Shown: positions 13,189 to 24,960 of the stretch, piece by piece
Layout of the letters: each line of letters opens with the position of its first letter
How positions within the stretch are numbered: position 1 is the first letter of the stretch
Source: Octopus sinensis
Lineage: Eukaryota
Assembly: GCF_006345805.1 (NCBI RefSeq)
Contig: NC_042999.1
Span: 7,502,001-7,566,000, forward strand
Length of the DNA: 64,000 bases
Direction of reading: 5' to 3'
Translations under genes and position numbers: made by a program
Notes under the pieces: generated by a model
The model's database searches: none
Told to the model about the DNA's origin: nothing
The model's input: the letters and a program-made list of their open reading frames with translations, nothing else

Positions 13189-13805
13189 TACAAAGAAAGA
13201 ACTACAAAGCTGACCACATTCAATAAATTCTTCCCTAATACAATACGTCATCACAGAAGCAATGTATCCACTCGAAGACGAAGAAAACAAGTTAAAATTC
13301 TTTCACTGTATTCCTATTAATTGCTAAGTTTTCTAACTGAAGTTGTGGCAGTTTTAACTGAAGAGGAATTTCAATGTTTTAAAAGTTCATTCACGTTTAA
13401 CACACATAAATTAATTATAAGCGGTTTTTTGAAGTTATGAATTGTTTCTCAATTTATCCAAATTAATGAATTTTACTGCTCCGTATAATTATTTCGAAAT
13501 CTATATGACTTTAAGTCGTATAACGATATAAAAATCAACAATCTTCATTTTAATATTATAATAGCTCCGATGTCGGTTTTGCCTTTCATCAATTTGGAGT
13601 CGATAAAATGAGTACCAGCTGTGTACTGAGGTCGAAGCAGTCGACTTACCCTTGTCACCGGAATTGCTGGCCTTGTGCCAGAATTTGAAACTAATATCTA
13701 TATAGCGCATGCTGTGGATTTTCTGTGACAAGGAACGACATCGTAACGTCCATACGATTAAGTATGGATGTATCAGTTTCATTTGAGTAGAAGAGTTGTT
13801 CCGGA

Positions 13806-14198
13806 GTGGAGGCGCAATGGCCCAGTGGTTAGGGCAGCGGACTCGCGGTCGTAGGATCGCGGTTCCGATTCCCAGACCGGGCATTGTGAGTATTTATTGA
13901 GCGAAAGCACCTAAAAAGCTCCACGAGGCTCCGGCAGGGATGGTGGTGATCCCTGCTGTACTCTTTCACCACAACTTTCTCTCACTCTTACTTCCTGTTT
14001 CTGTTGTACCTGTATTTCAAAGGACCGGCCTTGTCACTCTCTGTGTCACGCTGAATATCCCCGAGAACTACGTTAAGGGTACACGTGTCTGTGGAATGCT
14101 CAGCCACTTACACATTAATTTCACGAGCAGGCTGTTCCGTTGATCGGATCAACCGGAACCCTGGTCGTCGTAACCGACGGAGTGCTTCCATCCATCCA
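13806..14198 (+). mobile_element. tRNA-derived SINE, head A plus tail Y
   Basis: A box tggcccagtgg, B box ggttccgattccc, (tcca)n 3' end. A 9-bp TSD tgttccgga lies at 13797-13805 and 14199-14207. Confidence 0.9.
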
Positions 14199-15202
14199 TG
14201 TTCCGGAAGACAATGTCAGTGCTGGTTTTTCCCATCTTATCTAAAATAACTTCTTTTCTATCCAGACTTATTTTCTGCTTTAGATCGAATGTACAGGTGT
14301 GACGAGAGTCTAACCTGGATTGAAACCAGCTCACAGAATTTAATTAGCAGATCATTACACATTAGGATCTTACCTTCTATAAATCTCCTTAATACGTTCA
14401 CGTACTCACAAACGTATACAAAGACATGTCTATTTTATTGGGAGGGAATTAAGTCGATTAGACGACCCCTATACGCAATTGATACTTAATTTGTCGACCC
14501 CTAAATGATGAAAGGCAAAGTCGACCTCGGCGGAATTTGAACTCAGAATGTAAAGACATGAGCAGAAGGGAAATAACCGCACTAGAGCTCTCCATCGACA
14601 CAGTCTAAAACATAGACGACTTAGACAACCCACATCCTACACAAAACGTTAACAATTCAACGTTAGAACTCACATTGCTTGTACTCTGCACAATAAAACT
14701 GAAGTCCGTTAAGCCGAGTAATTCGTGAAAACTTTTGGACTGAATAGAGATTAGTGGCTCACCGAGTCTAAATCTGCCGTTGGACTAAACCGATATCAGT
14801 ATGAGATTAGAATTGATTTCAACGGACCGGATTAATATAAGATAACGAGTTTCTCAGCGGGATTTGAAGGAATGTAGCAATATAATTCAAGAATATTTAT
14901 TAAGTACTTTGCTTAAACTACCGACTGACATAAAAGTTAAACAGTAAATAACAACTTTCTAAAAGTGATAGGAAAAAAAAAAGCAACAGACTAAACAAAA
15001 AAAAAATAATAGGAAAACCAACCTAAAGTTGTAAAAAAGTGCAACTTGTGTTTAGTTGCAAGAAGGAGACGCCCACTTCCTATAAAATATGTTTACGACA
15101 GAAATTAGCAACTCGTATATAAGATGAATAATAGATTTCTGAAACGTAACACATATTAGATTTGTAAAGCACTTAATCTCCGTAGATTTCACGCGTCTAA
15201 AC

Positions 15203-15240
<38 letters not shown>

Positions 15241-15728
15241 ATATTATATATATATACATAGCCGTTGATTGCTGAAATATAAGACGTGTTTTTACTCCTC
15301 TCCGCGCCGGTCAGCAGCAAGCTTCACGGCTACATTCGAAATTGACCATCACATATATTCCTGTATATTTGAAACCTCACTTTTTCCCAACTCGTGAGTA
15401 GACTTTTCTTTAACCACAAACTATTTTCATAATTTTCAAACGACCAAATAAACAAAACCACACACTCGTATGAGAGAGTATTCATTTTTCGCCAACACCT
15501 TCTGATAACTAAAGGATCACCCACACATTAAAAATTAGAAAACGAGGGAAAAAAAGAAAAGAAAAGAAAGATAAAATAACTACAAGCTCATAATTCAAAT
15601 ACAAATTTCTCAGTATTACAGCAAACATTCTGTACAATCAATTCTACATACTTCTTAAAAAATAATAATTAAAAGTAATCAACAAAACAAACGAACAAAA
15701 TAAAATTTAATAAAACATATCAACCAGA

Positions 15729-16859
15729 ATGGCTAGCCACCAAAAATCCAACAAAAACTGGTCTGATAATGAAGTCGACGTTCTTATCAACACATGGCAT
15801 GGCCTTACCGAAACGGAGAGCATAGGTGCTTCGTATCTGAACGAAATTGCTAAACGAGCAGTTCACCATTTGCAAACTCGATCTGAACAGCAGATACAAA
15901 ATAAATTAAAACAAATCGAAGTTGCTTTTAAATTAAGAAATAAACACTTCGATAAACTGAGATGTGTTTTCTCTTCGAACGCATCACCGGCGAAACAACA
16001 ACAACCTCAACAACAAACTCAGCGGCAACAACACCAACAACAACAACTTCAGCAGCAACAACCTCAGCGGCAACAACAACAGGATGAACCACTCCTCGAT
16101 TCATCTACAATGGCCGATTTGCTAAACGAAACGATTGACCCCCCAGTCATCAGGGTCACACAGCAGGAAGCACCACCCTTTCCTTTCACTGCCCCAGCAG
16201 CTCAATCATCATCGCTGTCAACACCATCTCCTCTGCTTACTACTACTAGTACTACTCCCACTATGTATCCACAGACATCTTTGTCTTGGAATCGACCTCC
16301 TCAATCATTATCACTGTCAACATCTCTCCTGCCTACTACTACTACTACAACTACTACTACTAATGCTATCTCAAGGAATTTACCTCCTACAGGTCACAAA
16401 GGTCACCAAAACCTCAACAAACTATCATCTACACCTCTCACAACTCACACACGCACCTACACACCTACTCGAAACCCCATCATTTGCCGATATTCTCTTC
16501 GCCATAGATTATGCACTGATAGAGACTGCAAATTTACCCATTCACCTGGAACAAAACGCTCTATCCCCACAAACTACAACAGCAACCACCATAATACATA
16601 CTCTATTACAACACCACCAAAACCACCAATATCTCAAACAAGGAATCCCCAAATCTGCCGCTATTCCCAGCGAGACAGATTGTGTTTGCACAGGGATTGC
16701 CCCTTTACCCATCTCCCGGGGACTCGTCGGACAAATGACATTATAAAGAACCCAACATGTTGTAGTCGAAGGAGTCAAATCCAGCCCAGCCAAAGTCAGC
16801 AGTGGTGTCCCACAAGGCACTGTGTTGGGCCCACTTCTCTTCATCATCTACATAAATGA
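15729..16859 (+). CDS. LINE ORF1-like protein: Myb/SANT-like domain, polyQ, Ser/Thr/Pro-rich linker, two CCCH zinc fingers; C-terminus is out-of-frame RT sequence
   Basis: WSDNEVDVLINTW...IAKR...RSEQQIQNKLKQI...HFDKL fits a trihelix/Myb-like pattern. CRYSLRHRLCTDRDCKFTH (16485-16541) and CRYSQRDRLCLHRDCPFTH (16656-16712) are both C-x8-C-x4-C-x3-H followed by xPGTxR. Confidence 0.75.
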   Translation: MASHQKSNKNWSDNEVDVLINTWHGLTETESIGASYLNEIAKRAVHHLQTRSEQQIQNKLKQIEVAFKLRNKHFDKLRCVFSSNASPAKQQQPQQQTQRQQHQQQQLQQQQPQRQQQQDEPLLDSSTMADLLNETIDPPVIRVTQQEAPPFPFTAPAAQSSSLSTPSPLLTTTSTTPTMYPQTSLSWNRPPQSLSLSTSLLPTTTTTTTTTNAISRNLPPTGHKGHQNLNKLSSTPLTTHTRTYTPTRNPIICRYSLRHRLCTDRDCKFTHSPGTKRSIPTNYNSNHHNTYSITTPPKPPISQTRNPQICRYSQRDRLCLHRDCPFTHLPGTRRTNDIIKNPTCCSRRSQIQPSQSQQWCPTRHCVGPTSLHHLHK

Positions 16860-17784
16860 TATTACTGACACCATCAAACACAGTAACATCAGAACCTTCG
16901 CTGATGATTCCAAGCTCCAGAAGGTCATCAATGGCGTGGATGACCGAATAAGCCTTCAGTCAGACCTACTGGCTGTTGTCCAATGGGCGGAAAAGAATAA
17001 CATGTTGCTAAACGAAGACAAATTCGAACTGATCCACTTTGGAAGGGTGGACGCTCAGAAACTCCCATACTCTCTTCCTTCTGGAGAAATTATCATGGCA
17101 TCCAACAACATCAGTGACTTGGGAGTAACAGTGGACAACAATATAAGCTGAGCTACACATATAAGCAGCAAAGTTGACATGGCCCGCAGAATGTGTTCCT
17201 GGATTCTCAGAACCTTCCAGTCGAGAGATTCCCACACTATTATCATTCTCTTCTCCACTTTTGCCCGACCCCACCTTGAATACTGCTGTCCACTGTGGTC
17301 TCCCTACACAAAACAAAATATTATGAGAATTGAAGCTCCTCAAAGGTCAATCACAAAAAAGATAGATGGCATGTCAGACCTTGACTACTGGGGTAGACTA
17401 GAGAAGCTGAAACTGTATTCACTCCAACGACGCCGTGAACACTACATTATCTGTATGATGTGGAAAATATTCCATCAGTACTGTCCGAATGATGTTGGCA
17501 TCACCTTCAAAATACATCCAAGGCTTGGACCACGTGCCATCCGTCCACAACAAAAATCTAAATCGCATCACATAACGACAATACGGCACAACTATTTCAC
17601 CTCAATTGGACCCGCTCTCTTCAACATTACACCAGGACACGTCAAAAAAGAAACTGACCACACAAAATTCAAGAAGTCTTTGGACAAATTCCTTCAAACA
17701 GTCTCGGACAAACCACCCACACCCGGAAATGTCTCCGCAAACAATAACTCTCTGCTCGAATGGGCCTTGGTGCTCAAATCCTGA
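16747..17784 (+). pseudogene. CR1-like reverse transcriptase, C-terminal fragment with one nonsense codon
   Basis: RTQHVVVEGVKSSPAKVSSGVPQGTVLGPLLFIIYIND...FADDSKL...RPHLEYCCPLWSP. One frame throughout, with TGA at 17149-17151 where Trp is expected. Confidence 0.9.
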
Positions 17785-18092
17785 ATTGAAAGACTTCGCC
17801 AGGTGGTGCTATTAAGTTAGACATGGCCTGGGCCAATACTGGCCAAAACCTTTCTAAGTTATTCTAAGTATATATATATATATATATATATAATTTTACA
17901 TTAATATAAAAGGGCTTAGTAAAATAAATTACTTTGCCACATACTGAACTCGTTAGAAATAGCAGCCAAAAAAAAAGATTTTTTAGCCATTTCTAATACT
18001 TAAAGAAAATTTCTCTCAGATAGTGTTTACTCAAAATGACCCACGAAGGTATGGGGGTAAAAAACATTAAAAAATCACAAGTGCAAAGATTA

Positions 18093-18155
18093 TTTGAGAA
18101 CGTTACGTTTCTAGATCAGCCAAATACAATTCGACATTTCTTTCGTCAGCCCAAA
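18093..18155 (-). ncRNA. Hammerhead motif, inverted copy with a 1-nt insertion in stem III
   Basis: Reverse complement of 18940-19001, but with ACGTAACGT in place of ACGTACGT. Confidence 0.6.
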
Positions 18156-18939
18156 ATTTCTTAATTCGGATTTGGAAACACTGAAAGTAGGAACATACCC
18201 TTTTGGCGACTTAACACCTCAGACGACCCGTTCAAACTGACAGTGCCAACAAATTCAAAATATGCAAGCGAAGAATTCCTGTTCTCCCTTTCCACCCACG
18301 TGGGCTAAACTAGCAAACACCATATTTTAGCGGTGAAAACCGAGGCAATAAACAGAGAGAAATGAATTATAATTTCAACAATTGAGGGTAAAATTAATTA
18401 GTTAATTAATCAATTTCACCAAGTATTCAGTATGTAAAAGGATTGCACTTGTGATTTTTTAATGTTTTTTACCCCCATACCTTCGTGGGTTATTCTGAGT
18501 AAACACTATCTGAGAGAAATTTTCTTTAAGTATTAGAAATAGCTAAAAAACTTTTTTGGCTGCAATTTCTAATGAGTTCAGTATGTGGCAAAGTAATTTA
18601 TTTTACTAAGCCCTTTTATATTAATGTAATATTTTGAATTCGCCTTAAATGGTCCTTTTACATACTGAATACTTGGTGAAATTGATTAATTAACTAATTA
18701 ATTTTACCCTCAATTGTTGAAATTATAATTCATTTCTCTCTGTTTATTGCCTCGGTTTTCACCACTAAAATATGGTGTTTGCTAGTTTAGCCCACGTGGG
18801 TGGAAAGGGAGAACAGGAATTCTTCGCTTGCATATTTTGAATTTGTTGGCACTGTCAGTTTGAACGGGTCGTCTGAGGTGTTAAGTCGCCAAAAGGGTAT
18901 GTTCCTACTTTCAGTGTTTCCAAATCCGAATTAAGAAAT

Positions 18940-19001
18940 TTTGGGCTGACGAAAGAAATGTCGAATTGTATTTGGCTGATCTAGAAACGTACGTTCTCAA
19001 A
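18940..19001 (+). ncRNA. Type I hammerhead ribozyme motif
   Basis: Stem I tttggg 18940-18945 / ctcaaa 18996-19001; CTGACGA 18946-18952; stem II aga/tct; GAAAC 18984-18988; palindrome ACGTACGT; GUU triplet 18993-18995. Confidence 0.7.
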
Positions 19002-19122
19002 TAATCTTTGCACTTGTGATTTTTTAATGTTTTTACCCCCATACCTTCGTGGGTCATTTTGAGTAAACACTATCTGAGAGAAATTTTCTTTAAGTATTAG
19101 AAATAGCTAAAAAACTTTGTTG

Positions 19123-19232
<110 letters not shown>

Positions 19233-19254
19233 CATATATATATACATATATATA

Positions 19255-19307
<53 letters not shown>

Positions 19308-19309
19308 GC

Positions 19310-19362
<53 letters not shown>

Positions 19363-19421
19363 CTTCGAATTTTATTCAGAATGTATAGGGCCTAATTAGA
19401 ACAATACAATTTCTTCTCATC

Positions 19422-20001
19422 AAGGCGGCGAGCTGGCAGAAACATTAGAACGCCGGGCGAAATGTTTAACAGTATTTCAGCTGTCTTTATGTTCTGAGTT
19501 CAAATTCCGCCGAAGTCGACTTTGCCTTTCATCCTTTCGTAGTCGATAAATTAAGTACCAGTTACGCACTGGTGTCGATATAATCGACTTAAAGCCTTTC
19601 TTTGTCCTTGTTTGTCCTCTCTGCGTTTAGCCCCTTGTGGGTAGTAAGGAAATAGGTATTTCGTCTGCCGCTGCGTTCTGAGTTCAAATTCCGCCGATGT
19701 CGACTTTGCCTTTCATCCTTTGGGGTCAATTAAATAAGTATCAGTTACGCACTGGGGTCGATATAATCGACTTAATCCGTGTGTCTGTCCTTGTTTGTCC
19801 CTTCTTTGTTTAGCCCCTTGTGGGTAGTAAAGAAATAGTTATTTCGTCTGTCTTTACGTTCAGAGTTCAAATTCCGCCGAGGTCGACTTTGCTTTTCATC
19901 ATTTTGAGGTCGATAAATTAAGTACCGATTGCCTATTAGGGTCGTCTAATCGACTTAATCACCTCCCCCAAAATTCGGGCCTAGTGCCTAGAGTTGAAAA
20001 G
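19422..20001 (+). mobile_element. SINE family 2, three units
   Basis: A roughly 19-bp TSD aataca(a/g)tttcttctcatc lies at 19403-19421 and 20002-20020. Confidence 0.9.
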
Positions 20002-20064
20002 AATACAGTTTCTTCTCATCCGAAATGAATGAGAAGTCAAACTCTAATAACCAGAATATAGATT

Positions 20065-20280
20065 GGTTTCAAATTTTGGCACAAAGCCAGCAATTTCGGG
20101 AGAGGGGGTAGATCGATTACATCGACCCCAGTACTCAACTGGTACTTATGTTATTGATCCAAAAAGGATGACAGGCAAAATCAACCTTGGCGGAATTTGA
20201 GCTGAGAAAGTAACTACGGACGAAATTCCGCTAAGCATTTCACTCGCCATGCTAACAACTCTGCCAGCTCGCTGCCTTAA
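20065..20280 (-). mobile_element. SINE family 2, older single-unit copy
   Basis: Ends ctctgccagctcgctgcctt, the reverse complement of the family head. Confidence 0.8.
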
Positions 20281-20560
20281 ATTTGAATATATATTAACAC
20301 GATTTTTCGATGGGAAGGTATTAGATTAAACCACATTAAAACAAAAGCTTTTTTCTTATAAAATCCAAGATGAACTTAGGTGAGTTAGCATCCAAGGGTT
20401 TATTCTATTTACATTGATACATTTGTAGTGATATATCGATTCGATTATGTTGATGCATTTTTATCGATGCATCTATATTGTTTCCACTTTTGGGATCCAG
20501 GTCTGTTACTAGAAAATGTCTTTGACAACTGACATCCCATAGTGACAACTGACATCTCAT

Positions 20561-20962
20561 AGGCGCAGGAGTGGCTTTGTGGTAAGTAGCTTGCCTACTA
20601 ACCACATGGTTCTGGGTTCAGTCCCACTGCGTGGCATCTTGGGCAAGTGTCTTCTGCTATAGCCTCGGGCCGACCAATGCCTTGTGAGTGGATTTGGTAG
20701 ACGGAAACTGAAAGAAGCCTGTCGTATATATGTATATATATGTATGTATGTCTATGTATATGTTTGTGTGCCTGTGTTTTTACCCTCTAGCATTGCTTGA
20801 CAACCGATGCTGGTGTATTTACGTCCATTAGCGGTTCGGCAAAAGAGACCGATAGAATAAGTACTGGGCTTACAAAAAGAATAAGTCCCAGGGTCGAGTT
20901 GCTCGACTAAAGGCGGTGCTCCAGCATGACCGCAGTCAAATGACTGAAACAAGTAAAAGAGA
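20561..20962 (+). mobile_element. SINE family 1 (full length)
   Basis: aggcgcaggagtggctttgtggtaag ... gggttcagtccc ... family tail. Confidence 0.9.
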
Positions 20963-21128
20963 GGAAGCTGAACTCAACTCTGCATATAATATAACGCAAA
21001 GGCTAAAATAATAAAAGGAAACATCAACGCTAGAAATAAGAGGAAAGAGAAACCGAAATGAAGTCAGGACAATACAAAAAGACGATGTGGCCACGCTAGG
21101 AATTAGAACAATACAGTTTCTTCTCATC

Positions 21129-21342
21129 AAGGCGCTGAGCTGGCAGAAACGTTAGCACGCAGGGCGAAATGCTTAGTGGTATTTCGTCTGTCTTTACGTT
21201 CTGAGTTCAAATTCCGCCGAGATAGATTTTGCCTTTCATCCTTTAGGGGTTGATAAATTAAGTACCAATTGCGTACTGGGGTCGTCTAATCGACTTAAAT
21301 CCCTCCCAAAAAATTCGTGCCTAGTGTCTAGAGTAGAAAAGA
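21129..21342 (+). mobile_element. SINE family 2, single unit, in a duplicated copy of the 19.4-20.2 kb locus
   Basis: Same TSD and same downstream flank as the copy at 19422-20001. Confidence 0.85.
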
Positions 21343-22319
21343 ATACAGTTTCTTCTCATGCGAAATGAATGAGAAGTCAAACTTTAACAACCAGAATATA
21401 GATTGGTTTCAAATTTTGACACAAAGCCGGAAATTTTGGGAGAGGGGGTAAATCGATTACATCGACCCCAGTACTCAACTGGTACTTATGTTATTGATCT
21501 TAGCGTTTAGTTGACTATCCATAAGAACGCCAGATTTTTCCTTATAAATAACTGAAAAAACTTTCTGGATTGAATCTGTTTGTATCTCACTTATATTTCA
21601 GACATGGAGATAGTAAGATACTGCTTTTAGTATAATCAGTGTTTAAGCCATTAGTCCAACACTATCGATTCTACAGCAGTGTTTACAAACAAACAATCTT
21701 ATTCTGTAATATCCTATGTGTAAATCATAAAGCAAACATAAATATTAGACATCTTAATATCTAACGTCCATTTTCTTCCGGTTCCGTTCGTCGTAATCGC
21801 TATTCTATTTAGACAGTAAGTCGTTTTCTTGAGATTTATGTCGTATATGTTTGTATCGCGAATAAAACTTTGTTGACCTGTCTGCTAATACCAACATATC
21901 TTTAGTTTCATATATAGCAAAAAACACGTATGCAAAGTTTATATGTGTGTGTGTATGTTTGGAATTCAAAACATCAGTACATATATGTAATCACAATATC
22001 ACAGTATCGACCAGGCCACCAGATACTATTACACACCGCTGGAACAATGCGCTTCCAATTTTGTATTGATTGTACCATTCTTTCCCCTCTTGACCCAAAT
22101 TGCTTGACCACATCCTTTTCCCCTTGTCGTGGAGACTTTCCAAGTGGCCCTTTTCGATTTCTGGACTTGGGCGACTGCATGGGCTCCCCTGTTGCCTGTA
22201 AGCCTTAAAAGCTAAAACAAAATAATACATATCTACACATTACATTTTAATCAGTAGAAGTTACAAAGTCATTTATGTGCTACACACACACACATACGTA
22301 CACGCACACACACATACGT

Positions 22320-22357
<38 letters not shown>

Positions 22358-22916
22358 AAACACACACCCGTGTGTGTGTTCGTATGTGTATTAAAGCATG
22401 GAATTATCATCAGAGTTATACCTTTGTTAACCCGTTATTAAGAAAAAACTCACATCTATTTATCGATACATATTTGGCTTTTGGGAGACCAGAATTTCCC
22501 TACCAGTTCATCACGCCTACCTAGAATTCGTTGTATGTATGTGTATGTATATGTATGTGTTTATGTTCATATATTTCTACGTCTCTCTCTGTGTGAATAT
22601 ATCTTTGTCTTTAAGTCCTACCCCAGCTCAGTACTTAAAGAGATTTCTTTTTATATATATTTTTTTACGGTTGGGAGGTTTATAAATTTTAAGCATTTTT
22701 CAACGTATTTCATTAGAAATAATTTTGGTAACGAAAGGTTTGTGCTACAATAACGAATCTGTTCTTTCACTATAAGTTGTGGCAGATTCGAACTAGAATA
22801 TGCTAATCAGTGTTGACTTTGGTGATCGGCGAAATCGCCTCCCTTTACATATGTGTTTGAAACACTCGATTTAATGGCGTAAGGAGACGTTAAAACAGCA
22901 CAGTGTTTCGACTTCA

Positions 22917-23286
22917 TTGCTCGGGTATGTTTCGAATTTTTTTGGAATTTTTGAAAAGTAAAAATTCTGCATTATGTAGCTTGTTATTCTCTCTAAGTGA
23001 ACATTTTTCTGGTTGAAATACACCGAAAAATGACGACACAGCAGTCAAAAAATCATAAAAAATAGGGATTTTCATAGAAAAAAAGCACCTTTTTGATGTA
23101 AATAATTTTTAGAGTTAACATGGTCCGATTTGAATATTTTCTTCGATGGAAGGAAGAGCAAGCCTTCTTCTATCATACTCTCAATTTTGGTCAACTTGCG
23201 TCGCAGGGTCTCGGAGGAGATAGTGTTAGTTGAAGGCTATCAAACCTGCCACACACAGACAACTTCAGCTTTATATATAGAGAGAT
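22917..23286 (+). mobile_element. Helentron/DINE-1-like element, copy 2 (5'-truncated)
   Basis: High similarity to 12821-13188. Confidence 0.6.
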
Positions 23287-23809
23287 TAGTTAAATTTACG
23301 CAGGAACGATGAATCTAATTGTAAATAATCTCGTGTTTATAGAAATCAGCAAAATATTTGCTGATATCTGTTAATCTATGAGGAACCCGCATAATAATGA
23401 GAGTCCAAGCAATAACGTAATTACTCAATCTCAACACTTTCTGACAGATTCAAACGTTAGTGTCTGATCGCTGTTGTATTTCGTCATCAGAGGACATCTC
23501 CCTTTAGACGATGTGTGTTCAGAACATATCATTCACCGGTGTAAGGGACTTGCAAATCTGCTTATTGTGTGTCTCTTTACCACACAGTGCACCGACGAAT
23601 CTAACAAGAACGCAGGCACTTCAAGTTCAAATCTACTTGAATGCACTGAGAATGAATGCATACGTTAATTAATATCTTATTTACAACCCTCAAGGGGCTA
23701 AACACAGAGGGTTCTGCTGTGGATTTTCTGTGACAAGGAGCGACTTCGTAACGTCCATAAGATTAAGTATGAGTGTATCAGTTTCATTTGAGTAGACGAG
23801 TTATGTTCT

Positions 23810-24327
23810 TATTTCTTTATTGCCCACAAGGGGTTAAACATAGAGGGGACAAACAAGGACAGGCAAACGGATTAAGTCGATTACATCGACCCCAGTGCGT
23901 AACTGGTACTTAATTTATCGACGAAAGGCAAAGTCGACCTCGGCGGAATTTGAAATGAATGCATACGTTACTATTTGGTTTCTCGTCCTGCCACGTGTTT
24001 CTCATGAAATTTTCTGATGTTTATAAACCCTATAGTTTCAATACAAACCCAGTAAAAGCATAATTTGTTTTCCTCTTAACTTCCTCTATTTTGGGGAAAG
24101 ACAAATAAATTTTTGAAGTTCAACATTTAAGTAACGTGAAAGAATTTTTTATCGGAATTTTATCGCTCATCCTGAAGATGAAGAGTTGGCAAAACTGTTA
24201 GAGCCTTGGAAAGAATGTCGTCGATATCCTTTTCCGTACAATGTTCACTAGGATCGAATCCAACTAAAATCACCTTTGCCCTTTCATTTTTCTCAGGCTC
24301 GATAAAGTACCAATTATGTATTCTCAC

Positions 24328-24363
<36 letters not shown>

Positions 24364-24889
24364 TGTTCTCTCTCTTTCTGCCTGTCTACCTTTCCTGCCT
24401 GGTGTTCAGCGTTGTCACATTATGTGACACTGAATCAACCCGAAACTTGCCTTAAAGGGATACAGATCTGTGGAATACTCAACCACTTTCCTCTTAATTT
24501 CAAGGGGTGGCCTCTCACTTGATCGAACGTTGGATGTACATCGTCGCATCCAATTGAGAATCCATCACCGTTTCATCTTGAGACCAGGGTGACAAACATT
24601 GTAGAGGAAATGGTAAACTAATGCCGAAAACAGTTCCCTTCCGTTACTGTCACCTTCCAGGAGCATCATGTCCGAATAGCCAAGTTCAGTGCTCATCCCT
24701 AAAATGGGTCCTTCCTACGTCAACAGACAAACCAATATTCATCTAATACCTTAAATATTAAAAAAAACCCGCAGCAACCACAAGGCCTAAAATTTGGAGG
24801 AGGGGGTAGTCGATTACATCGACCCCAGTACTCAATTAGTACTTAATTCATCGATCCCGAAACGGTGAAAGGTAAACTGGACCTCGGCG

Positions 24890-24960
<71 letters not shown>

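Larger units (their letters stand above)
15257..17868 (+). mobile_element. Internally deleted CR1-like non-LTR retrotransposon
   Basis: Putative 5' UTR, ORF1, RT C-terminal third and a 3' end of ttctaagt repeats. (TA)n flanks both sides (15203-15256 and 17869-17892). The 5' boundary is inferred from the microsatellite edge. Confidence 0.8.
17896..19115. mobile_element. Penelope-like inverted plus partial tandem pseudo-LTR array (565-nt unit)
   Basis: 17896-18440 is the reverse complement of segments at 18443-18630 and 18655-19115. ttgcacttgtg recurs at 18443 and 19008. Each arm has a hammerhead motif and (TA)n flanks the array. Confidence 0.8.

Noticed and set aside
13806-13880. tRNA-like sequences with A and B boxes (also at 20561, 46173 and 61038)
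   Set aside because: They continue into SINE bodies, some have TSDs, and no complete cloverleaf is evident; these are SINE heads, not tRNA genes.
16135-16746. 203-aa alternative-frame ORF overlapping ORF1
   Set aside because: Low-complexity shadow of the CAA/ACT-rich ORF1 with no motifs; it shares the RT frame only by position.
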